Assembly: GCF_003334335.1 (NCBI RefSeq)
Contig: NZ_QOWQ01000015.1
Strand: one strand, 5' to 3'
Source: Escherichia coli
GTDB taxonomy: Bacteria; Pseudomonadota; Gammaproteobacteria; Enterobacterales; Enterobacteriaceae
DNA length: 64,000 bases
Made by a program: the position numbers and the translations under genes. The notes under the pieces are model-generated. The model was not told where the DNA came from. It saw only the letters and a list, made by a program, of their open reading frames with translations, and made no database searches. Shown here piece after piece: positions 27,619 through 42,554 of this stretch (positions within the stretch are counted from its first letter, which is position 1; each line of letters opens with the position of its first letter).

Positions 27619-28227
27619 TTACCACGAAAACAGCGGCCATTCTTTGGCGACCGTGGTGAGTTGTGGCGCATCGAAAACGGCTTGTGGCGAGACCACCGTT
27701 TCCTCAAGCGGAATATTCTTGCCGTAACGTTCTTTGAGCTTTGCCTGAACTTGTGGGCTGCTCAGGTCGAACTCTTTCAACTTCTGCTGCTCGCCCACGC
27801 GCATTCCCAGCGCGTTCTGGTAAACCTTCCACACCACTTCCGAACAGTACTGGCGATCGTCGCTCCATGAGAAGCTGAAATCATACGGTTTACCGAGATA
27901 ACGTTTTGCCGTTTGCGCCAGTTTTTGCTGTTGTTCAACACTCAGTCCGCCTTCAACGCGGCGAACAACGTATTTGCCCTTTTCACCATGGGCGATCCAC
28001 TGCTTGAGCGGGGTGTATTTCACCGGGCCGACTGCTTCAAAAACGTAGGGCTTTTTGTTGCGTATCACCAGCATACCGGTGTGGCTATAATCGGTATGGG
28101 TCGCCAGTTGGATCGCTTTACTTTGCGATGAGCGAGAGATCTGAAAGATGATGTCGCCGGTTTGTGGCTGCCAGGCAAAGGCAGGTACAGAAACCAGCAG
28201 GCTGAGGATCAGCAGCCTGTTTTTCAT
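27619..28227 (-). CDS. yiiX: Uncharacterized secreted protein (putative permuted papain-like hydrolase)
   Basis: ORF track 202 aa with signal peptide MKNRLLILSLLVSVPAFA. Confidence 0.85.
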   Translation of the reverse strand: MKNRLLILSLLVSVPAFAWQPQTGDIIFQISRSSQSKAIQLATHTDYSHTGMLVIRNKKPYVFEAVGPVKYTPLKQWIAHGEKGKYVVRRVEGGLSVEQQQKLAQTAKRYLGKPYDFSFSWSDDRQYCSEVVWKVYQNALGMRVGEQQKLKEFDLSSPQVQAKLKERYGKNIPLEETVVSPQAVFDAPQLTTVAKEWPLFSW

Positions 28228-28284
28228 AGTTAAACGTCCATGTATAAAAAGCGGTGGGTCGCAGACAACGTGCTCGTTGTTTAT

Positions 28285-28382
28285 GCCGGATGCGGCGTGA
28301 ACGCCTTATCCGGCCTACAAGTTCGTGCAAATTCAATAAATTGCAATATGACGTAGGCCTGATAAGCGTAGCGCATCAGGCG
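28285..28382. repeat. BIME (two inverted REPs), yiiX-metJ intergenic
   Basis: GCCGGATGCGGCGTGAACGCCTTATCCGGCCTAC ... GTAGGCCTGATAAGCGTAGCGCATCAGGC; near-identical to the copy at 38122..38219. Confidence 0.85.
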
Positions 28383-28410
28383 ATTCCACTCCGCGCCGCT
28401 CTTTTTTGCT

Positions 28411-28728
28411 TTAGTATTCCCACGTCTCCGGGTTAATCCCCATCTCACGCATGATCTCTTTTGCCGCTTCCGGGATTTCGTCGCTGCGCTCTTTACGCAG
28501 ATCGGCATCATCCGGCAAAGGTTGCCCGGTAAAGGCATGCAGAAACGCTTCGCACAGCAGCTCGCTGTTGGTAGCGTGACGCAGGTTGTTCACCTGACGA
28601 CGCGTGCGTTCATCGGTGAGGATTTTTAACACCTTAAGAGGAATGGAAACCGTAATCTTTTTGACTTGTTCACTCTTCTTGCCGTGCTCAGCGTATGGGC
28701 TGATATATTCGCCGCTCCATTCAGCCAT
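28411..28728 (-). CDS. metJ: Methionine repressor MetJ
   Basis: ORF track 28411..28866 over-extended; start moved to ATG at 28728 ([37 protein letters not shown]..), 105 aa. Confidence 0.95.
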
Positions 28729-28917
28729 GAGATACTTAATCCTCTTCGTCAATAAATTGAGACCAGACCACACAGTTGATGTGGGTACTGACCGTAAACC
28801 CGCATAGTTTACCGTACAGGCGTTACCGTGACATCGTGTAATGCACCTGTCGGCGTGATAATGCATATAATTTTAACGGCTATTTGGGATTTGCTCAATC
28901 TATACGCAAAGAAGTTT

Positions 28918-28949
28918 AGATGTCCAGATGTATTGACGTCCATTAACAC
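28918..28949 (+). promoter_or_regulatory. Tandem met boxes (MetJ operator) in the metJ / metBL divergent region
   Basis: AGATGTCC AGATGTAT TGACGTCC ATTAACAC, four contiguous 8-mers related to AGACGTCT. Confidence 0.6.
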
Positions 28950-29004
28950 AATGTTTACTCTGGTGCCTGACATTTCACCGACAAAGCCCAGGGAACTTCA
29001 TCAC

Positions 29005-30165
29005 ATGACGCGTAAACAGGCCACCATCGCAGTGCGTAGCGGGTTAAATGACGACGAACAGTATGGTTGCGTTGTCCCACCGATCCATCTTTCCAGCACC
29101 TATAACTTTACCGGATTTAATGAACCGCGCGCGCATGATTACTCGCGTCGCGGCAACCCAACGCGCGATGTGGTTCAGCGTGCGCTGGCAGAACTGGAAG
29201 GTGGTGCTGGTGCAGTACTTACTAATACCGGCATGTCCGCGATTCACCTGGTAACGACCGTCTTTTTGAAACCTGGCGATCTGCTGGTTGCGCCGCACGA
29301 CTGCTACGGCGGTAGCTATCGCCTGTTCGACAGTCTGGCGAAACGCGGTTGCTATCGCGTGTTGTTTGTTGATCAAGGCGATGAACAGGCATTACGGGCA
29401 GCGCTGGCAGAAAAACCCAAACTGGTACTGGTAGAAAGCCCAAGTAATCCATTGTTACGCGTCGTGGATATTGCGAAAATCTGCCATCTGGCAAGGGAAG
29501 TCGGGGCGGTGAGCGTGGTGGATAACACCTTCTTAAGCCCGGCATTACAAAATCCGCTGGCATTAGGTGCCGATCTGGTGTTGCATTCATGCACGAAATA
29601 TCTGAACGGTCACTCAGACGTAGTGGCCGGCGTGGTGATTGCTAAAGACCCGGACGTTGTCACTGAACTGGCCTGGTGGGCAAACAATATTGGCGTGACG
29701 GGCGGCGCGTTTGACAGCTATCTGCTGCTACGTGGGTTGCGAACGCTGGTGCCGCGTATGGAGCTGGCGCAGCGCAACGCGCAGGCGATTGTGAAATACC
29801 TGCAAACCCAGCCGTTGGTGAAAAAACTGTATCACCCGTCGTTGCCGGAAAATCAGGGGCATGAAATTGCCGCGCGCCAGCAAAAAGGCTTTGGCGCAAT
29901 GTTGAGTTTTGAACTGGATGGCGATGAGCAGACGCTGCGTCGTTTCCTGGGCGGGCTGTCGTTGTTTACGCTGGCGGAATCATTAGGGGGAGTGGAAAGT
30001 TTAATCTCTCACGCCGCAACCATGACACATGCAGGCATGGCACCAGAAGCGCGTGCTGCCGCCGGGATCTCCGAGACGCTGCTGCGTATCTCCACCGGTA
30101 TTGAAGATGGCGAAGATTTAATTGCCGACCTGGAAAATGGCTTCCGGGCTGCAAACAAGGGGTAA
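29005..30165 (+). CDS. metB: Cystathionine gamma-synthase
   Basis: ORF track 28828..30165 over-extended; start moved to ATG 29005 (MTRKQATIAVRSGLNDDEQYG..), 386 aa PLP enzyme. Confidence 0.95.
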   Translation: MTRKQATIAVRSGLNDDEQYGCVVPPIHLSSTYNFTGFNEPRAHDYSRRGNPTRDVVQRALAELEGGAGAVLTNTGMSAIHLVTTVFLKPGDLLVAPHDCYGGSYRLFDSLAKRGCYRVLFVDQGDEQALRAALAEKPKLVLVESPSNPLLRVVDIAKICHLAREVGAVSVVDNTFLSPALQNPLALGADLVLHSCTKYLNGHSDVVAGVVIAKDPDVVTELAWWANNIGVTGGAFDSYLLLRGLRTLVPRMELAQRNAQAIVKYLQTQPLVKKLYHPSLPENQGHEIAARQQKGFGAMLSFELDGDEQTLRRFLGGLSLFTLAESLGGVESLISHAATMTHAGMAPEARAAAGISETLLRISTGIEDGEDLIADLENGFRAANKG

Positions 30166-30167
30166 AA

Positions 30168-32600
30168 ATGAGTGTGATTGCGCAGGCAGGGGCGAAAGGT
30201 CGTCAGCTGCATAAATTTGGTGGCAGTAGTCTGGCTGATGTGAAGTGTTATTTGCGTGTCGCGGGCATTATGGCGGAGTACTCTCAGCCTGACGATATGA
30301 TGGTGGTTTCCGCCGCCGGTAGCACCACTAACCAGTTGATTAACTGGTTGAAACTAAGCCAGACCGATCGTCTCTCTGCGCATCAGGTTCAACAAACGCT
30401 GCGTCGCTATCAGTGCGATCTGATTAGCGGTCTGCTACCCGCTGAAGAAGCCGATAGCCTCATTAGCGCTTTTGTCAGCGACCTTGAGCGCCTGGCGGCG
30501 CTGCTCGACAGCGGTATTAACGACGCAGTGTATGCGGAAGTGGTGGGCCACGGGGAAGTATGGTCGGCACGTCTGATGTCTGCGGTACTTAATCAACAAG
30601 GGCTGCCAGCGGCCTGGCTTGATGCCCGCGAGTTTTTACGCGCTGAACGCGCCGCACAACCGCAGGTTGATGAAGGGCTTTCTTACCCGTTGCTGCAACA
30701 GCTGCTGGTGCAACATCCGGGCAAACGTCTGGTGGTGACCGGATTTATCAGCCGCAACAACGCCGGTGAAACGGTGCTGCTGGGGCGTAACGGTTCCGAC
30801 TATTCCGCGACACAAATCGGTGCGCTGGCGGGTGTTTCTCGCGTAACCATCTGGAGCGACGTCGCCGGGGTATACAGTGCCGACCCGCGTAAAGTGAAAG
30901 ATGCCTGCCTGCTGCCGTTGCTGCGTCTGGATGAGGCCAGCGAACTGGCGCGCCTGGCGGCTCCCGTTCTTCACGCCCGTACTTTACAGCCGGTTTCTGG
31001 CAGCGAAATCGACCTGCAACTGCGCTGTAGCTACACGCCGGATCAAGGTTCCACGCGCATTGAACGCGTGCTGGCCTCCGGTACTGGTGCGCGTATTGTC
31101 ACCAGCCACGATGATGTCTGTTTGATTGAGTTTCAGGTGCCCGCCAGTCAGGATTTCAAACTGGCGCATAAAGAGATCGACCAAATCCTGAAACGCGCGC
31201 AGGTACGCCCGCTGGCGGTTGGCGTACATAACGATCGCCAGTTGCTGCAATTTTGCTACACCTCAGAAGTGGCCGACAGTGCGCTGAAAATCCTCGACGA
31301 AGCGGGATTACCTGGCGAACTGCGCCTGCGTCAGGGGCTGGCGCTGGTGGCGATGGTCGGTGCAGGCGTCACCCGTAACCCGCTGCATTGCCACCGCTTC
31401 TGGCAGCAACTGAAAGGCCAGCCGGTCGAATTTACCTGGCAGTCCGATGACGGCATCAGCCTGGTGGCAGTACTGCGCACCGGCCCGACCGAAAGCCTGA
31501 TTCAGGGGCTGCATCAGTCCGTCTTCCGCGCAGAAAAACGCATCGGCCTGGTATTGTTCGGTAAGGGCAATATCGGTTCCCGTTGGCTGGAACTGTTCGC
31601 CCGTGAGCAGAGCACGCTTTCGGCACGTACCGGCTTTGAGTTTGTGCTGGCAGGTGTGGTGGACAGCCGCCGCAGCCTGTTGAGCTATGACGGGCTGGAC
31701 GCCAGCCGCGCGTTAGCCTTCTTCAACGATGAAGCGGTTGAGCAGGATGAAGAGTCGTTGTTCCTGTGGATGCGCGCCCATCCGTATGATGATTTAGTGG
31801 TGCTGGACGTTACCGCCAGCCAGCAGCTTGCTGATCAGTATCTTGATTTCGCCAGCCACGGTTTCCACGTTATCAGCGCCAACAAACTGGCGGGAGCCAG
31901 CGACAGCAATAAATATCGCCAGATCCACGACGCCTTCGAAAAAACCGGGCGTCACTGGCTGTACAATGCCACCGTCGGTGCGGGCTTGCCGATCAACCAC
32001 ACCGTGCGCGATCTGATCGACAGCGGCGATACTATTTTGTCGATCAGCGGGATCTTCTCCGGCACGCTCTCCTGGCTGTTCCTGCAATTCGACGGTAGCG
32101 TGCCGTTTACCGAGCTGGTGGATCAGGCGTGGCAGCAGGGCTTAACCGAACCTGACCCGCGTGACGATCTCTCTGGCAAAGACGTGATGCGCAAGCTGGT
32201 GATTCTGGCGCGTGAAGCAGGTTACAACATCGAACCGGATCAGGTACGTGTGGAATCGCTGGTGCCTGCTCATTGCGAAGGCGGCAGCATCGACCATTTC
32301 TTTGAAAATGGCGATGAACTGAACGAGCAGATGGTGCAACGGCTGGAAGCGGCCCGCGAAATGGGGCTGGTGCTGCGCTACGTGGCGCGTTTCGATGCCA
32401 ACGGTAAAGCGCGTGTAGGCGTGGAAGCGGTGCGTGAAGATCATCCGTTGGCATCACTGCTGCCGTGCGATAACGTCTTTGCCATCGAAAGCCGCTGGTA
32501 TCGCGATAACCCTCTGGTGATCCGCGGACCTGGCGCTGGGCGCGACGTCACCGCCGGGGCGATTCAGTCGGATATCAACCGGCTGGCACAGTTGTTGTAA
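30168..32600 (+). CDS. metL: Bifunctional aspartokinase II / homoserine dehydrogenase II
   Basis: ORF track 810 aa MSVIAQAGAKGRQLHKFGGSSLADV..; begins 2 nt after metB stop. Confidence 0.95.
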   Translation: MSVIAQAGAKGRQLHKFGGSSLADVKCYLRVAGIMAEYSQPDDMMVVSAAGSTTNQLINWLKLSQTDRLSAHQVQQTLRRYQCDLISGLLPAEEADSLISAFVSDLERLAALLDSGINDAVYAEVVGHGEVWSARLMSAVLNQQGLPAAWLDAREFLRAERAAQPQVDEGLSYPLLQQLLVQHPGKRLVVTGFISRNNAGETVLLGRNGSDYSATQIGALAGVSRVTIWSDVAGVYSADPRKVKDACLLPLLRLDEASELARLAAPVLHARTLQPVSGSEIDLQLRCSYTPDQGSTRIERVLASGTGARIVTSHDDVCLIEFQVPASQDFKLAHKEIDQILKRAQVRPLAVGVHNDRQLLQFCYTSEVADSALKILDEAGLPGELRLRQGLALVAMVGAGVTRNPLHCHRFWQQLKGQPVEFTWQSDDGISLVAVLRTGPTESLIQGLHQSVFRAEKRIGLVLFGKGNIGSRWLELFAREQSTLSARTGFEFVLAGVVDSRRSLLSYDGLDASRALAFFNDEAVEQDEESLFLWMRAHPYDDLVVLDVTASQQLADQYLDFASHGFHVISANKLAGASDSNKYRQIHDAFEKTGRHWLYNATVGAGLPINHTVRDLIDSGDTILSISGIFSGTLSWLFLQFDGSVPFTELVDQAWQQGLTEPDPRDDLSGKDVMRKLVILAREAGYNIEPDQVRVESLVPAHCEGGSIDHFFENGDELNEQMVQRLEAAREMGLVLRYVARFDANGKARVGVEAVREDHPLASLLPCDNVFAIESRWYRDNPLVIRGPGAGRDVTAGAIQSDINRLAQLL

Positions 32601-32876
32601 TTTCAGAAATTTAATAATGCCCGGTACTCATGTTTTCGGGTTTATGGTTTCTAATGAAATATATTGAATTATCATAGGATTAGGCCGGATTAAGCGTTTA
32701 CGACGAATCCGGCAAGAAGCAATAAGTACATGGTTAGTTTATATTTGCAGTCCGGTTTGCTTTGCATACCGGATTTTCTTTTTCTTACCATCCTGAAGTT
32801 TTTTCATCTTCCCTGATTTTTCCTCACCATCATTGGTCATTTTTCGGTTGACGCCCTTCGGCTTTTCCTTCATCTT

Positions 32877-32908
32877 TACATCTGGACGTCTAAACGGATA
32901 GATGTGCA
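32877..32908 (+). promoter_or_regulatory. Met boxes (MetJ operator) upstream of metF
   Basis: ..GGACGTCT AAACGGAT AGATGTGC.. tandem 8-mers related to AGACGTCT, about 40 bp upstream of metF. Confidence 0.5.
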
Positions 32909-32945
32909 CAACACAACATATAACTACAAGCGATTGATGAGGTAA

Positions 32946-33839
<894 letters not shown>

Positions 33840-34068
33840 ATAGTGTGGCTTTTGTGAAAATCACACAGTGATCACAAATTTTAAACAGAGCACAAAATGC
33901 TGCCTCGAAATGAGGGCGGGAAAATAAGGTTATCAGCCTTGTTTTCTCCCTCATTACTTGAAGGATATGAAGCTAAAACCCTTTTTTATAAAGCATTTGT
34001 CCGAATTCGGACATAATCAAAAAAGCTTAATTAAGATCAATTTGATCTACATCTCTTTAACCAACAAT

Positions 34069-36348
<2,280 letters not shown>

Positions 36349-36356
36349 TCTGACCC

Positions 36357-36396
36357 CGTTCAGCGGCTGCTTGCTGGCAGTCGCTGAACGTTCTTT
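36357..36396 (+). terminator. Terminator-like hairpin after katG
   Basis: CGTTCAGCG..(loop)..CGCTGAACG followed by TTCTTT. Confidence 0.5.
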
Positions 36397-36440
36397 ACCA
36401 GCGTATAGTGGGCGAACGAAAACTACACACTGGATCTCTC

Positions 36441-37346
36441 ATGTCTGCCGCAGGAAAGAGCAACCCACTGGCAATCAGTGGCCTGGTTGTGCTCACACTT
36501 ATCTGGAGTTATAGCTGGATTTTCATGAAGCAAGTCACCAGTTACATCGGTGCCTTCGACTTTACCGCCTTACGCTGCATTTTCGGCGCTCTCGTTTTAT
36601 TCATCGTCCTTTTATTACGTGGTCGCGGAATGCGCCCGACACCGTTTAAATACACCTTAGCCATTGCCCTGTTACAAACCTGCGGGATGGTTGGTCTGGC
36701 GCAGTGGGCGTTGGTCAGCGGAGGTGCGGGGAAGGTGGCGATCCTGAGCTATACCATGCCGTTCTGGGTGGTGATTTTCGCCGCGTTGTTTCTCGGTGAA
36801 CGCCTGCGACGTGGGCAATATTTCGCGATTCTGATTGCCGCTTTCGGCTTATTTTTGGTGTTGCAGCCGTGGCAACTCGATTTCTCTTCGATGAAAAGTG
36901 CCATGCTGGCAATCCTCTCCGGCGTCAGTTGGGGGGCGAGCGCGATTGTTGCTAAACGTCTGTATGCCCGTCATCCGCGCGTGGATTTATTGTCGTTAAC
37001 ATCCTGGCAGATGCTGTATGCGGCGCTGGTGATGAGTGTGGTCGCTTTACTGGTGCCGCAACGTGAAATTGACTGGCAGCCCACCGTGTTCTGGGCGCTG
37101 GCCTACAGTGCGATTCTGGCGACGGCACTGGCGTGGAGCTTATGGTTGTTTGTATTGAAAAACTTGCCTGCCAGTATTGCCAGCTTAAGCACACTGGCCG
37201 TTCCCGTTTGCGGCGTACTCTTTTCCTGGTGGCTGCTCGGCGAGAATCCGGGGGCCGTTGAAGGTAGCGGTATTGTGCTGATTGTGCTGGCACTGGCGCT
37301 GGTGAGCCGTAAGAAAAAAGAAGCCGTCAGTGTAAAAAGGATCTGA
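36441..37346 (+). CDS. yijE: EamA/DMT-family inner-membrane transporter
   Basis: ORF track 36408..37346; start moved to ATG 36441 ([17 protein letters not shown]..), 301 aa, 10-TM-like hydropathy. Confidence 0.85.
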
Positions 37347-37372
37347 ATTTTTTCTTCATGTGGGGCGATCTC

Positions 37373-37990
37373 TTATTTAACAAAATAACGATAATGCCCC
37401 ACCATCCGCCAGTTAAACAGCACATCTTCTTCCTGCGCGCCTGCGCCAATGTTATGTATCACCAGCGGCGTACCGTCGCGGGCGAAGCCATCTGAAACCA
37501 CCCCAATATGTGCCAGCCCGTTATCCAGTCGCCAGGAGACAATATCGCCCGCTTGATAGTCACTGGGGTTCTTGCTGGTGGGGCGTGTTTTATCATGGCG
37601 GCTAAACCAGGTTTCCAGATTAGGCACCCGACGGTGATCGATGTTGCTGTCCGGGCGCTTTAACTTCCATTTTTGCGGGTACTCAGCAAAATTCTTCGCC
37701 ATATCTTCGTGAACCAGTTTCTGCAAATCGACCTTCTGGCTGCGCAATGCGCGGATCACCACATCGGAACATACACCGCGTTCTTGCGGAACATCACCGC
37801 CAGGATAAGTAAGCTGCACATACGCCGGATCGTAAAATAGCGTGCTGCCAATTTGCTGTCTGGCACCGTCTGCGATGGCAAGGTTGGTATTGGCCTGGAT
37901 TTGTACCACGGTTGGTGGAACGGCGGGAGATTTTAAGGAGTGGCTGGTAAATGCCGTTAGCAGGCTGAGCAGCGCCAGTGAAGCTTTCAT
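37373..37990 (-). CDS. yijF: Uncharacterized secreted protein (DUF1287)
   Basis: ORF track 205 aa with signal peptide MKASLALLSLLTAFTSHS. Confidence 0.85.
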   Translation of the reverse strand: MKASLALLSLLTAFTSHSLKSPAVPPTVVQIQANTNLAIADGARQQIGSTLFYDPAYVQLTYPGGDVPQERGVCSDVVIRALRSQKVDLQKLVHEDMAKNFAEYPQKWKLKRPDSNIDHRRVPNLETWFSRHDKTRPTSKNPSDYQAGDIVSWRLDNGLAHIGVVSDGFARDGTPLVIHNIGAGAQEEDVLFNWRMVGHYRYFVK

Positions 37991-38121
37991 CTGGTTCGTC
38001 CGTGAAAATAAGAGTCACAGATTCGACCTTCCGGGCTAACGATTGTTCTGTAGAGAAAATGTCCAGAAGCGGATAAAAAATTCCTGAACAACGTGGGAGT
38101 TTCAGATTACTGGCACAGAGT

Positions 38122-38219
38122 GCCGGATGCGGAGTGAACGCCTTATCCGGCCTACAAAAGCACGCAAATTCAATATATTGCAGAGATTGCGTAGGCCTGA
38201 TAAGCGTAGCGCATCAGGC
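38122..38219. repeat. BIME (two inverted REPs), yijF-gldA intergenic
   Basis: GCCGGATGCGGAGTGAACGCCTTATCCGGCCTAC ... GTAGGCCTGATAAGCGTAGCGCATCAGGC. Confidence 0.85.
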
Positions 38220-38230
38220 AATTTTGCGTT

Positions 38231-38258
38231 CAAACTCCCGGACAAGCCGGGAGTTTGG
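38231..38258 (-). terminator. Terminator-like hairpin downstream of gldA
   Basis: AAACTCCCGGACAAGCCGGGAGTTT perfect palindrome immediately 3' of the gldA stop. Confidence 0.5.
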
Positions 38259-38264
38259 AGTAGG

Positions 38265-39368
38265 TTATTCCCACTCTTGCAGGAAACGCTGACCGTACTG
38301 GTCGGCTACCAGCAGAGCGGCGTAAACCTGATCTGGCGTCGCGCCGCCAGGCATGTTGTGAATGGTTTCACCTTCTGCACATGCCGCTTCTGCCACAATT
38401 CGCATTTTCGCCGGGACATCTTCTTTAATATCCAGTTGAGCGAGAGTTATTGGCAAACCTACCGCATGGCTAAGGGCAGCTACGGTTTCGATTTCCTCCA
38501 CCGGCGCATTTTCCAGAACCAGCTGCGTCAGCGTACCGAATGCCACTTTTTCACCGTGATAATAGTGATGCGCGTCCGGGATAGCGGTCAGGCCGTTATG
38601 CACTGCGTGCGCCGCAGCCAGACCACCACTTTCAAAACCAACACCGCTCAAATAGGTGTTCGCTTCAATCACGCGCTCCAGCGCCGGAGTCACTACATGC
38701 TGTTCGGCAGCAAGCATCGCTTTTTCGCCTTCTTCCAGCAGGGTGTTGTAGCACAGTTCAGCCAGTGCCAGCGCAGCCTGGGTGCACTTGCCGCCCGCCA
38801 TGGTGGTCGCGCCGCTACGAGAGCAGGCACGCGCTTCAAACCAGGTTGCCAGCGCATCGCCGATACCCGCCGCTAACAGACGTGCAGGTGCGCCAGCGAC
38901 GATTTTGGTGTCGACAATGACCATATTCGGGTTATTTGGCAACAGCAGATAGCGGTCAAACTCACCCTCATCGGTGTAGATAACAGACAATGCGCTGCAC
39001 GGTGCATCGGTAGAGGCGATAGTCGGTGCGATCGCTACCGGAACACCCATGAAATGTGCCAGTGCTTTGGCAGTATCGAGGGTTTTTCCGCCACCGATAC
39101 CGAGAATTGCGCCACACTGCGCAGTCTCCGCGATGCCACGCAGACGGTCGATCTCATTTTGCGAACATTCACCGCCAAACGGCGCAATTTCTACTACCAG
39201 TCCAGCATCTTTAAAGCTTTTCTCGACAGTGGATTGAGCAAAACCTAAAACAAATTTGTCACCCACCACTAACCAGCGTTCTGCCAGCGGCTTCAGGTAT
39301 TCGCCCAGACGATTAATCACATCAGCGCCCTGGATGTATTTACCCGGTGATTGAATAATGCGGTCCAT
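38265..39368 (-). CDS. gldA: Glycerol dehydrogenase (NAD+)
   Basis: ORF track 38265..39407; start moved to ATG at 39368 ([22 protein letters not shown]..), 367 aa iron-containing ADH family. Confidence 0.93.
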
Positions 39369-39378
39369 AATTGCTCCT

Positions 39379-40041
39379 TTAGAGATGAGTAGTGCCAAAT
39401 GCGGCATTCCAGTCGTGTTCGAACTTCTCTATAGCTGACTCTACCGCAGGGGTGTTGAGCATTTGTTGCGCTACATCTAAGGGCAGGGTGATGGATTCAC
39501 ATCCTGCCAGTAAACAGTCCAGCGCCTGACGCGGCGTTTTAAAGCTGGCTGCCAGCACCATGCTTTCTGGCGCGTGCATTTCTAACAGCGTTTGCAGCTC
39601 CTGAACCGTACGAATGCCGTCTCCGCCCTGGGCATCTACGCGGTTAACATACGGAGCAACGTATTTTGCCCCTGCCAGTGCGGCTAATAACCCTTGTGCG
39701 GCGCTATATACAGCAGTGCCAAGTGTAGTAATACCCTCTTTTTTCAGTATTTTAATTGCTGCCAGACCTTCGGAAGTCACCGGGATTTTCACCACAATAC
39801 CCGGAATAGCGTCGCGCAGGCGCTTCGCTTCTTCCACCATCCCCTGCGCGTCGCGGCTCATGGTCTGAGCAAACAGAATGCCCTCATCACCAATCGCTTT
39901 TTGCAGACGCGGCAGCACTTCCCATATGGACTCCTTGCTGGCAGCGATAATGCTCGGGTTAGTTGTCACCCCGGCAATGGGGAATATGCGTGCCAGACGT
40001 TCGACTTCTGCGACGTTAGCGGTGTCCAGATACAGTTCCAT
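39379..40041 (-). CDS. fsaB: Fructose-6-phosphate aldolase 2
   Basis: ORF track 220 aa [30 protein letters not shown].. (transaldolase-like fold). Confidence 0.93.
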
Positions 40042-40052
40042 GATGTTTCCTT

Positions 40053-42554
40053 TTACAGTTCCAGTTCATGTTGCAGCAGGCTGGCGATAGCGTCGGCAGA
40101 GGCGGCGTTAACCAGCGCGTTACGGAATTCTTCGTGCATGATGCGGCGAGCGAGGCGCGAGAAAATGCGCATATGCTGATCGCCCGCAGCGTGTTTGTTC
40201 AGGGTTAACATAATGATGAATTGCGCTTCATCATCGCCCCAGCGCACCGGCGCTTGCAGACGCGCCACGCTGATGGTGGATTGCTCAATGTGTTCTGATT
40301 TGCTGTGTGGAATGGCAAAACTAAAGCCCAGACCGGTAGAGAAAACGGCCTCGCGCGCCCACAAGTCGGCTTCCAGTTTACGCGGATAGCGGCAGCGGCC
40401 CGCCAGCAGCAGGTTATCGGTCATGCCTTTGAGCACTTCTTCTTTGCTGCGCCAGTCGCTTTCCAGTGTGATGCACTCGGCGGTGACCAGCGGTGCGTCT
40501 TGTTGGGTCATGCGGAATTGCGCCAGCAGGTGTTCCACTTCCAGCGAAGTACGGCAGGCCATTGCCTGGTTGAGCAACTTGCGGCACTCACGGCTATCAA
40601 GTTGCGCCATCCGAGCTTTCGCCGCCGGAATTGATGGTGCGCTCATGCTGAGTTCATCCAGCCCTAAGCCGACCAGCAACGGCAGCACGGAACCTTTCGC
40701 TCCCAGCTCACCGCACAGACCAATCCATTTGCCCTGGCGATGCACCGCTTGCACGGCGTAATCGAGCGCCCGCAAGAATGCCGGATTCAGGCTGTTGTAG
40801 TGACGAGTAACCTTAGCGTTATCGCGATCCACCGCCAGCAGATACTGCGTCAGGTCATTACTACCAATACTAAAGAAATCAATCTCTTCGCAGCATTGAT
40901 CGATGATGAACATCACCGACGGCACTTCCAGCATGATGCCGAGCTGGATTTTCTCATCAAACGGAATGTGTTCGTTACGTAGTTGCTGTTTGGCTTCCGC
41001 CAGTTTTTCTTTCACCCATAAGATCTCTTCCATTGAGGAGATCATCGGGATCATGATTTTCAGGCTGCCGTGAGCGGAGGCGCGGAGGATCGACCGTAGC
41101 TGCGTGGTAAACAACGACGCGTACTCTTCATAAATACGCACGGCGCGATAACCGAGGAACGGGTTTGCCTCTGCGGGAATGTTCAGATAATCAACGGGTT
41201 TGTCGCCGCCAATGTCCATAGTGCGCACAATAATGCTGCGTCCGTTGGCGGATTCCAGCGCCTGACAAAAAATGTTGTACAACTCGCTTTCGCCCGGTGC
41301 GCTGGTGCGATCCATATAGAGCATTTCAGTGCGGAACAAACCAACGCCTTCCGCACCATTGCCGAATGCGGCCTGCGCTTCCACGGAGTGAGCGATGTTA
41401 GCGGCAATTTCAATGCGGATACCGTCAGCGGTACGGGCTTGTTGGGTCAGCCAGACACGCTGTTGCTCACGCAGGGCGTCCTGTACGCGGGCTTCTTGCT
41501 GATAATAACGAGCTACGGCTTCCCCTGGCTCAACCACAATCGCCCCGGCGTTGCCGTCGATATAAATCGTTTGTTGCTGCCACGGAGTAAGGGCATCAAT
41601 ATCCACACCAACCAGCGTTGGAATGTTGAACGAACGGGCAAGGATCACCGTATGTGAGGTGGTGCCGCCGCTTTTGAGCAACAATCCTTTGAGGTGATTT
41701 TTATCCAGTTCGAGGAACTGGCTGGGGGTCAGTTCATCAGCCATACAAATGGCGGGCTGCGTCAGTTTGCCCGGTGCCGGGAAGCGTTGCTCACCGTAGA
41801 TTTGCTGGAGTAACTGGAAGCAGACGTCGCGTACGTCCAGGGCACGTTCTTGCAGGTAGCTGCTGCTGGAACGGGAAAACTCTTCGCAAAAGTGATTCGC
41901 GCTGGCAACAATTGCTTCGGCGCAGCTTAATCCGGCGCTGACGCCTGCCAGTAAATGTTCGCGCAGGGAAGTATCGCCAGCCAGGGATCGGTGAGCTTCC
42001 AGAATCGCGCTGGTAGCACCGTCGCTATCCAGCAGACGAAACTCAATGTTTTTCAGTACCAGCGTCAGGCCGTTTTCCAGTGCGGATTGCTCGGCGTCAA
42101 CGCCTTTGGCTGCGGGAAGATTACCCAGCGCATTGAGATCTAAAGAAGAGATCGGCGTCAGAATGCCGCCTGCACTACCGCTGCACACGGTGCGGGCGCG
42201 GATAATTTGCGGATTCAGATTGGTCAGTGAAACCGGCAGTGGTTCCAGTTCGTCAGATTTAACTTCCGCCAGCGGCGCATCGCAGTGGGGGAATTCATCG
42301 CGCAGCCATTGGCTTAAACGCTGGTGCGCTTCCTGTTCGTCGGCCCCGGAAATCAGTAACTGGCAGTTATCGCCCGCCAGCGTATCGGTGCCAATCAGCG
42401 CAAGGGCGCTTTTGGCGTTGCCCTTGCGGTCAGTGCACAGGTTATGCCACTCAATTTGTGATGAAAAAGTATTACACAGCGTTTCAACGTGGCTTGCCGG
42501 ACGCGCATGTACGCCGTTAGGTAGCTCACAAATAAATTCCACAATCAGGGCCAT
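40053..42554 (-). CDS. ptsA: Multiphosphoryl-transfer PTS protein (HPr-like + enzyme I-like + EIIA-Fru-like fusion)
   Basis: ORF track 833 aa [26 protein letters not shown].. (HPr His-region at N-terminus), central PEP-utilising enzyme I region, C-terminal EIIA-like. Confidence 0.92.
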   Translation of the reverse strand: MALIVEFICELPNGVHARPASHVETLCNTFSSQIEWHNLCTDRKGNAKSALALIGTDTLAGDNCQLLISGADEQEAHQRLSQWLRDEFPHCDAPLAEVKSDELEPLPVSLTNLNPQIIRARTVCSGSAGGILTPISSLDLNALGNLPAAKGVDAEQSALENGLTLVLKNIEFRLLDSDGATSAILEAHRSLAGDTSLREHLLAGVSAGLSCAEAIVASANHFCEEFSRSSSSYLQERALDVRDVCFQLLQQIYGEQRFPAPGKLTQPAICMADELTPSQFLELDKNHLKGLLLKSGGTTSHTVILARSFNIPTLVGVDIDALTPWQQQTIYIDGNAGAIVVEPGEAVARYYQQEARVQDALREQQRVWLTQQARTADGIRIEIAANIAHSVEAQAAFGNGAEGVGLFRTEMLYMDRTSAPGESELYNIFCQALESANGRSIIVRTMDIGGDKPVDYLNIPAEANPFLGYRAVRIYEEYASLFTTQLRSILRASAHGSLKIMIPMISSMEEILWVKEKLAEAKQQLRNEHIPFDEKIQLGIMLEVPSVMFIIDQCCEEIDFFSIGSNDLTQYLLAVDRDNAKVTRHYNSLNPAFLRALDYAVQAVHRQGKWIGLCGELGAKGSVLPLLVGLGLDELSMSAPSIPAAKARMAQLDSRECRKLLNQAMACRTSLEVEHLLAQFRMTQQDAPLVTAECITLESDWRSKEEVLKGMTDNLLLAGRCRYPRKLEADLWAREAVFSTGLGFSFAIPHSKSEHIEQSTISVARLQAPVRWGDDEAQFIIMLTLNKHAAGDQHMRIFSRLARRIMHEEFRNALVNAASADAIASLLQHELEL

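Noticed and set aside
28828-29004. N-terminal extensions offered by the ORF track (metB from 28828, glpX to 16041, glpK to 17660, priA to 27215, pfkA from 7789, cdh from 10071, metJ to 28866, argE to 55342, katG from 34129)
   Set aside because: Extensions run into promoter or operator sequence or the upstream gene, lack SD motifs, and the internal starts reproduce the known mature N-termini with good SD spacing.
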